Positions 37,122 through 49,200 of a stretch of DNA of 64,000 nucleotides are shown in pieces (positions within the stretch are counted from its first letter, which is position 1; each line of letters begins with the position of its first letter). The notes beneath the pieces were generated by a model. That model searched no databases. It was not told where the DNA came from and saw only the letters and a list, made by a program, of their open reading frames with translations. The stretch covers positions 1 to 64,000 of the IMG/VR virus record IMGVR_UViG_3300037804_000399; one strand, 5' to 3'. A program made the translations under genes and the position numbers. The stretch is from a virus.

Positions 37122-39761
37122 ATGATTAGAAATATTGATTATTCCGTTGAAGACGGAGTAGGCGTTATTGAGTTCTTTACATGGAACGAAGATAATGAAA
37201 GAGTAAATTTTAAACTGACACAAGAGTCTAGTTTACATTTTGAAAACCCAGCAGGTAAATTCAAAAGCATTTTAGGTACCAATCTTAAAAAGCAATCGTT
37301 CTCGAATTTATATCACCGAACAAAATTCATCAAAGAAAATAAACATTTAAATTATTTTGATATACAAACTCCTCAACGAGAGTTTCTTCAAAACATGTTT
37401 AGTGAAGTAAACGATCGAGATGACTTCGCTTTAAATCCTCTAAAGACTCAAATAATAGATATAGAGGTAGCTGTAGAAAAAGAATTTCCGCATCCTGATG
37501 TAGCAAAGTATCCAGTCAACTTAATAACAGTTCATGATTCATTTGAAAAGATGTATCATGTTTTTGCTTGGGGTGATACTATTGTAAGAAGAAAAGCAGA
37601 AGATTGTGAAACTGATTGGAGTAAAGTAGTTATACATCAGTGCGGTTCTGAAAAAGAATTGTTTATAGAATGGATTAATTGGATGAAGTCTGATTATCCA
37701 GATGTGATAGCAGGATTCAACTCGCGACCATTTGATATACCTTACCTAATTAATAGAGGAGAGCAAATAGTTGGAGAGGATAAGATCCTTGAAATTTCTC
37801 CTTGTAGAAAATTCAGAAAGGAACAATTCACAAGTCGAATAACTCAACAACCAATTGACACTTATGCAATTGCTGGTATCACTCATTTAGATTATTTGAT
37901 TTTATATCGTGACAAGTTCTCATATAAAAACTTAGTAAACTTTAAATTAGATACTGTTTGTGAAGAAGAACTAAATGCAAGAAAGATTCATTATGATGGC
38001 ACATATGAAGAATTTTGGAAGAATGACTTTCAGCTGTATACTGAATACAATATTCGAGACGTAGAGCTTCTTGTAAAACTTGAAGAAAAACTACAGTATG
38101 TGCAATTAGTAAGACAAGTTTGTAACATGGGACTAGTAGAATACGAAGCTATCTATAAATCACTACCGTATGTAATTGGATCAGCTGTTGTTGCTGAAAA
38201 ACGAAACACTGGTAGATTGTTCCCATCACCTCAAAACATTGATTATGAAAACATTGATGCTAAGTATCCTGGAGCATATGTTATGGATCCAGTAGTTGGA
38301 CGATACAACTCTGTAATGTCAATGGATTTGAATTCACTTTATCCTTCCATTATGATTACATTAAATGTTTGTCCGTCTACAAAGTTTGCTAAAATTATTA
38401 ATAGAGAAGAAGATGGATCGATCACAATCAGAACTACAAAAGGAGTTGTGAAAGAATTAAATGCAAAAGAGTATAAAGCTGTTTTAGATCAGCACTGTAC
38501 AGAATCATCTTATGATACGTTGTTTATAAAGCCATCAAAACAGAAAGGATGTATTCCAATATTCTTAGAAAGCTTATATGCTACTCGTAGAGCAGCAAAA
38601 GATACAATGCTTGAATGGCAGATGAAAGTATCAGAAATAAAAAAGAAATTGAAAAGAAAGAATATTTCAGAGTCCAGAAAAGAAGAATTGGAAAAAGAAC
38701 TCGCTTTTGCTTTATTAAATGATCAACGTTTTGGTACAAAGCAGTTGGTTTTAAAAATTGTATTGAATACAATGTATGGTATTTTAGGTAATAAATATTC
38801 TCCTATTTTTGATACTGATCTAGCTGGTAGCATTACAGTAACTGGACAAACTATAATTAAAATGTCACAGTCGTTTGTTAATGCATACTTTAAGAAATTA
38901 TATAATGCAGAAACAGATGTGGTAGTGTACGGTGATACTGACTCTTTCTACTTTAATGCAAAACCGCTTTCAGATGCTATATGTGGAGAGGACGGAGACA
39001 TTAACGATGAAGGCAATATTCAATTAATATGTAAAGAGGGTGATAAGTTTGCAAGAATAATAAACAAATTCTGTTTTGAAAAGATTGTGAAAGATAAATT
39101 ACACTCTGATCAAGATTGGATACAATTCAAACGAGAAATGTTTTCTTCAGGAGCAATGTTCTTCAAAAAGAAAAGATATATTGCCAGAGTTAGAAATGAT
39201 GAAGGTGTACCTGTTGATAAGTTTAAATATGTTGGAGTTGAATTAACTCGACAAGAGATTCCTCCTTTAGTAAAAACTAGATTAAAAGATTTTGTTGAAG
39301 TTTCATTTAAAGAGTTTTGGGATAATGAAAAAGCTCAAGAGAAGATGAATGAGATTTATGAATGGTTTATGGCGTTGGATCAAACTGAGATAGCTTGTAT
39401 CAGTGGTGTCAACTCATGGAAAGAAGGAATTGGTTTCTTGAGAGCTGCAAAAGGAGCAGGAGTGCACTTGAGAGGATCTCAATATTACAATCAGCTTGTT
39501 GGTAAATTACATATGGAAGACAAGTACGATTTAATACAAAAGGGAACTAAAGTCCGTTATGTGTTATTAAAAGATAATCATTACAAGATTAATGTTATAT
39601 CATATCCTGATCAATATCCAGATGAGTTTAGAGAACACTTCTTTGCGGACTATGACAAAATGTTTGCAAAAGCGGTTACATCTCCTATGAAACACTTCTT
39701 TAATGTCAATAAATGGCAACAATTCGATAAGGATTTTGAAAGTTCTTTCCTAGATGTATAA
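37122..39761 (+). CDS. gp43: Family B DNA polymerase
   Basis: DIEV exo I, FN...FD.PY exo II, YN..DV exo III, DLNSLYPS, K...N..YG, YGDTDS, KKRY. Confidence 0.97.
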   Translation: MIRNIDYSVEDGVGVIEFFTWNEDNERVNFKLTQESSLHFENPAGKFKSILGTNLKKQSFSNLYHRTKFIKENKHLNYFDIQTPQREFLQNMFSEVNDRDDFALNPLKTQIIDIEVAVEKEFPHPDVAKYPVNLITVHDSFEKMYHVFAWGDTIVRRKAEDCETDWSKVVIHQCGSEKELFIEWINWMKSDYPDVIAGFNSRPFDIPYLINRGEQIVGEDKILEISPCRKFRKEQFTSRITQQPIDTYAIAGITHLDYLILYRDKFSYKNLVNFKLDTVCEEELNARKIHYDGTYEEFWKNDFQLYTEYNIRDVELLVKLEEKLQYVQLVRQVCNMGLVEYEAIYKSLPYVIGSAVVAEKRNTGRLFPSPQNIDYENIDAKYPGAYVMDPVVGRYNSVMSMDLNSLYPSIMITLNVCPSTKFAKIINREEDGSITIRTTKGVVKELNAKEYKAVLDQHCTESSYDTLFIKPSKQKGCIPIFLESLYATRRAAKDTMLEWQMKVSEIKKKLKRKNISESRKEELEKELAFALLNDQRFGTKQLVLKIVLNTMYGILGNKYSPIFDTDLAGSITVTGQTIIKMSQSFVNAYFKKLYNAETDVVVYGDTDSFYFNAKPLSDAICGEDGDINDEGNIQLICKEGDKFARIINKFCFEKIVKDKLHSDQDWIQFKREMFSSGAMFFKKKRYIARVRNDEGVPVDKFKYVGVELTRQEIPPLVKTRLKDFVEVSFKEFWDNEKAQEKMNEIYEWFMALDQTEIACISGVNSWKEGIGFLRAAKGAGVHLRGSQYYNQLVGKLHMEDKYDLIQKGTKVRYVLLKDNHYKINVISYPDQYPDEFREHFFADYDKMFAKAVTSPMKHFFNVNKWQQFDKDFESSFLDV

Positions 39762-39777
39762 ATTCGTTGAAAAAAAC

Positions 39778-39785
39778 TATAAATA
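39778..39785 (+). promoter_or_regulatory. T4-type late promoter TATAAATA
   Basis: Exact consensus. Confidence 0.7.
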
Positions 39786-39861
39786 AATGTATGCTATTTT
39801 GTCACTATGATCAATGACAATAGAAATAGTTAACCGGTTAAAAAACTAAAGGAACGATCGT

Positions 39862-40659
39862 ATGAATAAAATTAAAAAAGATTCAAAACTTGAATTAACT
39901 GAGGAAGAGCTTAAAGCAATTGCTGTACCAGCTCAACTATCAGAAGATGATACTGAAGACCTTGATATGGAGTATGAAGAGTTGGAAGATCTCGACATGG
40001 AAGAACTTGAAGACGAAGCTGCTGAAATGGATTCTGATGAAGACATTAATGAAGACGAATTAGAAGAATTGATTCGTAAAGTTGTTAAAGAAGAATTAAT
40101 GGCTCTTTTAGACGAAGACGAAGAAGAAGACGAAGAAGAAGCTGAAGAAGAAGAATCTGAGTCCGAAGAAGAATCTGAAGAAGTTGAAGAAGAGGAAGAA
40201 GAAGTCGAAGAGTCTGTTCTGACTGAAGAAGAAGACTGTGAAGCATGTGACAAGTGCGATTGCGCTCCTTGTGAATGTGAAGAAGTTGAAGAATCTGTAA
40301 TCACTGAAACGGACAAAGAATGTGAAAAGTGTTCTAAGACTCCATGTGAATGTGAAGAAGTTGTAGAAGCAGTTGTAGAAACAGCAAAAGAAGAAGTTAA
40401 AGAATCTAAAAAAGCTAGATTCAAAAGAGTTCTTTCTGAAAGACGCAGAGCTGAAACTATCAAAAAGATTAAATCTAAAATCGCAGAGTCAAGAAAGACA
40501 TCTCCTAAAAAAGAAGAGTCAGTAGCTGAAACTGTAAAGCCAACTCCTGTTGTTGAAAGCGCTCCAAAGAAATTAAAGCGTACTCGTGACAATAAGAAAG
40601 TTGACAACGAACAAATAATGATGGAAAATTACGCTCGTATTTTAAATAGAGACAAGTAA
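39862..40659 (+). CDS. Acidic prohead core/scaffold-like protein with Cys clusters
   Basis: Glu/Asp-rich, repeated VEES/ITE/LSE sites, CEACDKCDCAPCEC and CEKCSKTPCEC, basic C-terminus, late promoter. Confidence 0.5.
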   Translation: MNKIKKDSKLELTEEELKAIAVPAQLSEDDTEDLDMEYEELEDLDMEELEDEAAEMDSDEDINEDELEELIRKVVKEELMALLDEDEEEDEEEAEEEESESEEESEEVEEEEEEVEESVLTEEEDCEACDKCDCAPCECEEVEESVITETDKECEKCSKTPCECEEVVEAVVETAKEEVKESKKARFKRVLSERRRAETIKKIKSKIAESRKTSPKKEESVAETVKPTPVVESAPKKLKRTRDNKKVDNEQIMMENYARILNRDK

Positions 40660-40684
40660 TTTCCAGTAAAATTAAATTACTATC

Positions 40685-40718
40685 GAAACCTGGAGTTTTT
40701 TTCTCCGGGTTTCTTTTT
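40685..40718 (+). terminator. Intrinsic terminator
   Basis: GAAACCTGGAG...CTCCGGGTTTCTTTTT. Confidence 0.75.
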
Positions 40719-40725
40719 GTCTACG

Positions 40726-40733
40726 TATAAATA
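40726..40733 (+). promoter_or_regulatory. T4-type late promoter TATAAATA
   Basis: Exact consensus upstream of gp6. Confidence 0.75.
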
Positions 40734-40767
40734 ACTACAACATTCATAACTCGAGGATCTATAATTA

Positions 40768-43236
40768 ATGAGTACTGACATTTCCATCTCAAACAAAAAT
40801 GAATATTTGCGGTTCTCTGCAAGTTCTATAAAAGAGCTCCTTCAACAAAAACTTTCAGAAGGAACTAATTTTACTGACCAAGCATTTGCTGGATCTGTTA
40901 TTGATATAATGTTAGACTCTTTATCACAGATGTACGCAGCTCAAATGTTCTATCTTAATAACTCTGCAGCTGAAAGTATCTTTACTGATTCTTCATTGTA
41001 TGAAAACATGAACCGTATCGTAAAAATGCTTGCGTATAACCCAAGAGGTTACATAACATCATCATTACCAGTAAGACTTACAACTACAGATAAGTATTCT
41101 GATGATGCTAGAAACGTTTTACATAGATACACAACTGTTACAACAAATTTAAAAACATCAAGTTTTAAAACTGAACCAATTACCTATTCTTGTGCATTTG
41201 ATCTTGATAGAGGATTTAGTTTCAGTACTGAATCTCCAAATGAATTAGTATTGTATAACGGAAGCTGGAATCTTTATCCGCAAAAGACAGTATCTCTAGG
41301 AGTTCCTTTCGAGACTGTAATCCTTAACAAGTTAGATATAAGTGAAGATTCTCAAAAAAGAGATTTTATTTCACATGATCATATTGATGTATTTGTTCAG
41401 ACATCCCCTACTAGCTTAACTTACGAAAAATATTCTACAGTTAACACTTTATTTGAAAGTGGATCACAAGATCTACATGTAGAAGTTAGATTAAATGAAA
41501 ACAAAAATTACCAACTTAGGTTTGGTGATGGTGTTAAGGGAAGACGTATTCCTAAGAACTGTGACATTAGAGTAATTTATCTCAAATCAAACGGTGCAGA
41601 AGGAGTTGTTGGACCAGAAGCTTTCCCAACAGCAGAACCTCTAACCTTAAAATGGGGCGTGACCGGACTTACTATTTCTGAATTAAGAAATATGTTAGAC
41701 GTGTCTGATAGAGACTATAATTTAATCAACAGTGCAACTCATTTAGGAGCTACAAGTATTGTTACAGATACCTCTGCGACAGAATCTTCTGAATTTGAAA
41801 CAGTTGCTGACATCAGAACTAATGCTCCAAACTGGTTCCGTATGGGAAGTCGTTTAATCACTTATACTGATTTTGAACAATTTATTAAAGGAACGTTCTC
41901 ACAGGTTCGTGATGTAACAGTTCATAATAACTGGGACTTCTTAATCGAATTTGAAGAGTGGCTTAGAACATATGATAAACTATCAATGGCAATACGTCAA
42001 AGCTTTTATAAGTTCGCAGATGCTGCTGATGCAAATAACATTTACATTTGGATTAAGAACTTAACAAATATTGATAACAAACGCGCAATTGAAGAAGCTT
42101 GTAATAGAATTAAAAGTCTTACAGCTGAGTTAATCGTTCTTGATCCTGTTCACACTTTCTATTCTCCTTTAATCACAAAACATAATTTAGATTATGTTAC
42201 TTCTGATACATTCTATGATGAACTTGAAGCTGACGATCAAAACATTTTTGATCAAGACCAATCTGATAAGATTGATCAAGTGGAAGATCGTTTCGGATAC
42301 ATCTTTATCGATAAAGATGAACAGATAACAGAAATCGTTGATGATGTAGAAATAACTAGAAGTAGAACCCAAGCAGAGATGGCAGCACTGACAGATTTTA
42401 TTCCTATAAGATCTTTAGATACGTACGCTCCTATCCAAACAGGAAACGAAGCAAGTGATAATGCTGCTAACTTAAATATTCGTAGAGATATAAAAATGTT
42501 TATATTCTCAAACTATGAACCAAAACGTGACAAGTTAATTGCCGGAAACGATTCTTGGGAACGTGATTTGAAGACAAGAATATTAAACGGTCAGGCTGAT
42601 ATCGAAAGCGAAGTTATTGAAATTTCAGAACAAGTTTACACATACGGAGTTTACTTTCCAACCTCAACGGTTTGGGAACATTCACAACAAGTAAATATTG
42701 CAAAGATTGAAGTACTAAGAAATATGTTTGTAACTTTTGATCAAGTTGACGCAGCGCTCAAGCAACAGTACGCTGATCGTGTAAATAATTACAGAAATGG
42801 ATTATATATGGATGCTGTGAATAGTTCGTACCTTGAAATTACAAGAAACAAACATTCACTTATTACTACAGAGCGAATTAGAAAACAAGTTGGAGATATT
42901 TTAATCAACTATTTTCGGGTCGTAAATTCCAATCTAGGAATGAAAATTGATATTGATCAGATACACACTAACATTCTTGCTATAGATGGTGTAAATAAGG
43001 TTCGTACGATAACGTTGGAACAAGGCGATCAAGGAAAAATTAGAAAGAATGAATTTGACGGAATTTCCTTCGGAGCATGGACAGACGAATTAGTCGACAA
43101 GAGAGATAAACGAAACGTATCAGCAAATGAAAAGATAAAAGATTTTCAGTTTCCTGTTTTATATTTCGCAACTCAGATAGATAATATCATTAGAGTAGAA
43201 CAAGACGACTACCTTGTAACAGGTGTTGAATACTAA
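40768..43236 (+). CDS. gp6: Baseplate wedge gp6
   Basis: FTD..F.GS....LD, E.....Y.P, L.FGDG..G..P, YL.S.G..G, E....IR.NAP, RL.T..D. Confidence 0.88.
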   Translation: MSTDISISNKNEYLRFSASSIKELLQQKLSEGTNFTDQAFAGSVIDIMLDSLSQMYAAQMFYLNNSAAESIFTDSSLYENMNRIVKMLAYNPRGYITSSLPVRLTTTDKYSDDARNVLHRYTTVTTNLKTSSFKTEPITYSCAFDLDRGFSFSTESPNELVLYNGSWNLYPQKTVSLGVPFETVILNKLDISEDSQKRDFISHDHIDVFVQTSPTSLTYEKYSTVNTLFESGSQDLHVEVRLNENKNYQLRFGDGVKGRRIPKNCDIRVIYLKSNGAEGVVGPEAFPTAEPLTLKWGVTGLTISELRNMLDVSDRDYNLINSATHLGATSIVTDTSATESSEFETVADIRTNAPNWFRMGSRLITYTDFEQFIKGTFSQVRDVTVHNNWDFLIEFEEWLRTYDKLSMAIRQSFYKFADAADANNIYIWIKNLTNIDNKRAIEEACNRIKSLTAELIVLDPVHTFYSPLITKHNLDYVTSDTFYDELEADDQNIFDQDQSDKIDQVEDRFGYIFIDKDEQITEIVDDVEITRSRTQAEMAALTDFIPIRSLDTYAPIQTGNEASDNAANLNIRRDIKMFIFSNYEPKRDKLIAGNDSWERDLKTRILNGQADIESEVIEISEQVYTYGVYFPTSTVWEHSQQVNIAKIEVLRNMFVTFDQVDAALKQQYADRVNNYRNGLYMDAVNSSYLEITRNKHSLITTERIRKQVGDILINYFRVVNSNLGMKIDIDQIHTNILAIDGVNKVRTITLEQGDQGKIRKNEFDGISFGAWTDELVDKRDKRNVSANEKIKDFQFPVLYFATQIDNIIRVEQDDYLVTGVEY

Positions 43237-43247
43237 AGGAAAAAAGT

Positions 43248-46200
43248 ATGGTTGACAAGAAAGGTTCGGACTTCAATCAAGGCGAATTGTTAAAGAAGTA
43301 TATTAACAACCCTGAATGGATCCGAACATATGAAACGTTGTGGAATACTCTCGAAACATCTACTCAATTAGTAGGGGCTGAAATACATGAGAAAACTAGA
43401 AATTATGTACAGAACCTACGTGACATAGACCTTTGTGAAACAAAAGCTCTAAGATCAATAGTTACAGAACTTCAAGTCGACAATATGGAAATTGTTGACG
43501 CTCTTCCTAAAGAGATTCAACGACTAGTCGATATCTTTTCAATTAACCCTTCCCTTCTTTTAACAGATGGAATGGTTTTTGAAGATTACATGGAAACGTT
43601 TGAAGCAGAAGTTCAAGCCATATATGCAAAATACTTTCCCACTCAGTTCTTCCTTCGTCAATTTGAATTTGATGACGCAGAAGTAAAGTGGAACAACCAA
43701 CCTATAGAAGAATTCGTAGATAGATACGCTTGTAAGGTTGTTAATATAATTAACAAATACAAAGAAGAATCTGAATCTGATATTGATGAACTTGATATTA
43801 CAAATGAAATGTTATTTGATTCTTCCGAACCTAGATTCTATGATTCAAGTGATGTTGATTTTGTAGGAACGCTTGAAGGCGTAATCCAAAATACAATAGC
43901 TGATAGACTTTACGATCAATTTAGCACTGATATCGAAACAGGAATTTACCGTCAAAGCATTTCAGAAGATGGAGACAATCCAGTATTTGGAGATGTATTC
44001 GGATTTACTTGGATTGTGGACGATGAGAACTTCATGAAAGTTCAAATCAAAGCAAATATTGAAACAATTTTCAAAGCATTTAACGATAGTGTTATTCTTG
44101 GAGAATCATACTACGTACCTTTCCAAGTGTTTACTGTAACTCAACTTTCAATTACTAGTGGGTTAATACTTCCAGAGCACGTCTCTAAGACGTATACTCG
44201 CTCGAAGGTGATACTGAACGGGGTAGCAACATTTATCGATGATGAAGACATCTCAGAATGGATGGCATTGATTGTTAGAAGATTTGAAGACTCTTCATTC
44301 TTTATTGATGACGCAGAATCTAAAATAGAATCTTTAGAATATGTTCAGTTCCGTCAAAAGTTTCCACCTACAGTTACAGAATATATCAATCTTGTTGATC
44401 CAGCTGCTACTGAAATAGATGAAAGTTTCGTTTGGGACATTATTGGTCTTGATCCACTTAACGAAGAACGTGATGTTTTGTATCATGAATGTTATGCTGG
44501 AAAGACAATGCTCGATTTGTTTATCATTGCTCAGTTCACTGATACTCTTTACAAGCACTGGTTAGAAGAATCTTACCAGTCATTGGTTGAAAACATTTTA
44601 GATCAAAACTTTGAATTTGGCACAGATGCTGATTACAAATACAGAGGCGTTTACCAAATAATTGGTGATGATGCCAAAACAGAATTAGATGCACTTGCAC
44701 CTTCACAATTTGAAAAAGACCATTACCTAATTACATTAACTAATGAAGTTGAACAGTTCTTTGTATATAACGGTTTAGAGTGGCTGGAACAATGTCCGTT
44801 CAGAGATCTGGATCGAATCACAGAAGCTGCTGCTGAAAGCCTTCTTGACACCTGTAAACGTATTAGACTACAACGTAACAATTTAAAAGAGATTGCTCAA
44901 CGCCATGCTATTATTGGTACCAACAGAGCTGTTGAAAGTGTTTTCACAGATTATGTATTAAGATCATTTACTCAATTAGAAGATTGGGAAATGACAACTG
45001 TCACTGATGATCGTAATTGGAGATTAGTTGGTGCAATAACTTTACAAGATTATGAACAAACTGCTGCTGGGTTATATGTAGATGATGATATAAAAATTGG
45101 AACATATAAAAGAGTTTTGGTTGCAAACCAATATACTGATTATGTTGTATTCAGAAGTAAACAAACTTCAACATTAGTTGCAACTGAAATTGGATTATCA
45201 GACGAATTCGAATTTAATACTGATTCTGTTTATAACTTGAATGACATTCTTCCTTCACTTGGAACATTAGATTCAAAAGTAAAAGTTATTGAATATTGGG
45301 ATACAACAGAGTATTTTAATATTGAACCAACCGAGACTAAGTATCTTACTGGACCGATCAATAAACGTATCAGTATGAAAGATGTTGTTAATATTACAGA
45401 TGATGGTGATCTTGAGATTGCTGAAACTGGCGAACTAGTAGAATTCATAGAAGGTCAATCAAAATATCAAATCTTTAATCAGTATCTTGATAAAGGAAAT
45501 CCTCAATACTGGAATGATAACAAGGAAACAAATTACTCTACAAGTCGTGAAAACAGCATAAACTTTTCAGATGAAGAAGTTTCCGAAAGAAAGAGATTCA
45601 TGGGATCTTACAGTCCAATCGATCTTGTATTCAGTGCTGGTCTGTCAAGAATTGAAACTCCTGGCCCGTTGAGAAGTTCAGATATCCAAGCTGGTGATTA
45701 CTACGATGTAAACTTTACTGTACCTGATTTTGCAAACACTGCATATACAGCAGCTCAATTAGCAGCTGTTGATGCAAATGCAACAAACGGTCTTGATGCA
45801 ATGGATTTAATCCAACAAGAAGCTTATTACACTAATCTTTATTCATCTCTCGATGATCAAGAGATTTTTGACGATGGTGCTCAATGGATTTTATCTTACA
45901 AGAGAGGCGATGCAGAAAAAGCTGAAGGTTTAACTTTTGATGATGCTAAAGACTGGGATCCTGAAAACGTTTTACATCAAACATATATTTTAAAAAGAGC
46001 TAGAACCAAAGCAATACGTTTTTGGGGACAAGGCGCTGACATAAACTTCATGTCATTTAAATTTGATAATTGGTTCAAGATTTCATTAGAAGAATGGTTG
46101 ATCAACAATCAAGACAAACACATGACTCAATTCTGGAATGATGTTGGTATGAAGGGTGACTGGGAAGCTGACATACGTCCTATCCTTGATCAATACTGGA

Positions 46201-49200
46201 ACATGCATGCTTCATCAGGATATTTAGATACTGAACTTTATGATATCCATAAGAAATACATTGGTGTTTCAAAATCAAGATTGTTAGAAGGTGCTATTAC
46301 AAAAGATCCTAGTACTGGAACATGGGACTTTGAAAATTTTGTTAGAGAAGTTGCTCACGAAGGATCACACCCTGCAGCAAACTATAAAAACTCACTTTAC
46401 CCAACTATTCAACACCAACCATTCCTTTGGAACTTGGTAGAAAAACTTGCGGTTGTTTTCCCTTCAGTATTGTTTACTGTATTAGTAGGAGAAGGTGAAG
46501 AAGTTTTAAACCGTTTAAGTCAAATAGATGAATTTGGTAACTTGATTGACAGTTGGAAACATACTCACCAAGAGTTTATGTCATACCAAACTAGATATGA
46601 AGCTTCTACTAATACAGGAATTGCTTCAATAAGCGATCCGCAGATTGATAGAGATGGTCCATTTAATCCAGATGCGTTAAAAGAATTAATTAAATCAAAT
46701 GCTGAACCTCTTTCAGATAAGAGTTCGTTCGGAAATGATTTTGTTGAAATCTTTAGAAATGATTATTACGGATACGCATCTGTGTTCTCAGATTTTTATT
46801 TCCTACAAGCTGAAAAAGCAAAGATTCAATTTCACTTGGATCGCATTGACGGTGTAAAAGAATTTGATATTGTTGGAATACCAACAGGAGATGAAGATTT
46901 ATTTGGATTGAGAAATCAAAAGATCTTTCAATTTGCTGCTGATCAAAATGAATATCACTATACCCTTTACAAAGATGTAAACATCAAAGATTGCCCTGGA
47001 CAGCTTTGGGTTCGTTATAATAATTTCCCATTCTCATTTCCAGTTGCTGTCGACCAAACAGATCTTATCACATATGATGATACATTAGTAAGTATTAATC
47101 AATTAGAAACTAGAGATGTTTCACTCGTAAACGTTATGAATAACTGTTACGATTTTGGAATACAGCAAAACATTATTTGGGCACTTGGAGATAATCACGG
47201 CGAACTAACATGGACGGTTTTAAATGTTGGATTTACTCTTAATGATGAAGTAAGAACATCTCTTTATACAATCATTAATAACGCAACACCTTATGTATTT
47301 TTAGAGAATGAACATTATGTTGGTACTCACTTTAATGGTGATACTATTATTCTTGTAATTTATAATGAAGAAACAAATAAATTTACAAATAAATATATTG
47401 ATCTTATCGAATTAGTTTACTTACCTGACAGAACATATTCTGTAGGTGATGATATGAGATTCTTTAAAGATTCTGATGAAGCGCTTATCCAAGGACATGC
47501 TCTTTCAAATACTACAGTAAGAATTTGTCGTCCAGTTGATCTACCAACCACTCTTCCAGCTACAACTACTACTGAAGGACCAATTATTGTTGTTCCTCCT
47601 GCGACTACTCTTGGACCGACTACATTAGCACCTCCTACCACATTAGCACCAACAACTACAGTGGGACCAACAACTACAGTGGGACCAACAACTACAACAA
47701 CTATTTGTCCATCATTAAAAGAAGATCTATTTGTAAGATGGCAGTATCAATCTTCATATGTTCACGAACAACCTACTCCGAGAGATATAATTGTAAAGGT
47801 ATATCGTGACCCACTAAGTACATTTACTGGAGCATTTTCAGTAGCTTATAATACATTAGATGAAGGTGATCCAGGTTCGCAGTGGCCAAGAACTCAATTT
47901 CCAGATACAGGCCCTTCAGCTGAGAAAATAAAAGATTACATACCTAAAGCAGATTTCATTTATTTTGCAGAAGGTCAAATGGAAGCGGAAGTAAAAATTA
48001 CTATTCTTCCAAGTGCTCAACCAGAAAATGCAGAATATTTCTATATTAGAATGACTGATTTCTTATTCAACGATTGTTGTGAAGTTAATTCAAATGTGGT
48101 TGAACAGAATCCGCATATGATTTTAATAACAGATAGATGTTGCCCTTGTCCTGAAACTACTTCTACTACAAGTACATCTACTTCAACATCTACTTCAACA
48201 AGTACTTCAACAAGTACTTCAACATCTACAAGTACTTCAACATCTACTTCAACAAGTACAAGTACTTCAACAAGTACTTCAACAAGTACTTCAACAAGTA
48301 CTTCAACAAGTACTTCAACAAGTACTTCAACATCTACAAGTACTTCAACAAGTACTTCTACATCTACAAGTACATCTACTTCTACATCTACAAGTACATC
48401 TACTTCTACTTCAACAAGTACATCTACTTCTACATCTACTTCTACATCTACAAGTACATCTACATCTACTTCAACAAGTACATCTACTTCTACATCTACT
48501 TCTACATCTACAAGTACATCTACATCTACTTCAACAAGTACATCTACATCTACTTCTACTTCAACAAGTACATCTACTTCTACTTCAACAAGTACATCTA
48601 CAAGTACATCTACTTCAACAAGTACTTCTACATCAACAAGTACATCTACTTCAACAAGTACCACAACACTAGCACCTACGACAAGTACCACAACAAGTAC
48701 CTCTACTTCTACTACAAGTACATCAACATCTACTTCAACAAGTACATCAACAAGTACAAGTACTTCAACAAGTACATCTACTTCAACATCTACTTCAACA
48801 AGTACTTCAACAAGTACATCTACTTCAACATCTACTTCAACATCTACTTCAACAAGTACAAGTACTTCAACAAGTACCACAACACTAGCACCTACGACAA
48901 GTACAACTAGTACATCTACAACTAGTACATCTTCAACAAGTACATCTACTACGTTGCCACCAGTATTAAGTTGGAAGTATGTTCCATGTCCGACTACAAC
49001 AAGTACTTCGACAAGTACTTCAACATCTACAAGTACAACTACACTTGCACCTACAACAAGTACTTCGACTTCGACTTCAACAAGTACTTCAACAAGTACT
49101 TCAACAAGTACTTCAACAAGTACTTCGACAAGTACAAGTACTTCAACATCTACAACTACACTTGCACCTACAACAAGTACTTCGACTTCAACAAGTACTT

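Noticed and set aside
30504-39761. Inteins or introns in UvsW or DNA polymerase (terminase also checked)
   Set aside because: Motifs are contiguous at expected spacing; the UvsW insertion has no C/S...HN splice termini.
39933-40607. Ser-rich minus-strand ORF (likewise 14208-14489)
   Set aside because: Antisense shadow of GAA-rich acidic genes.
48041-48880. 279-aa minus-strand ORF of VEVDV repeats (and + strand alternative-frame ORFs 48971 and 48979)
   Set aside because: Shadows of the TS repeat; the repeat units simply lack stops in those frames.
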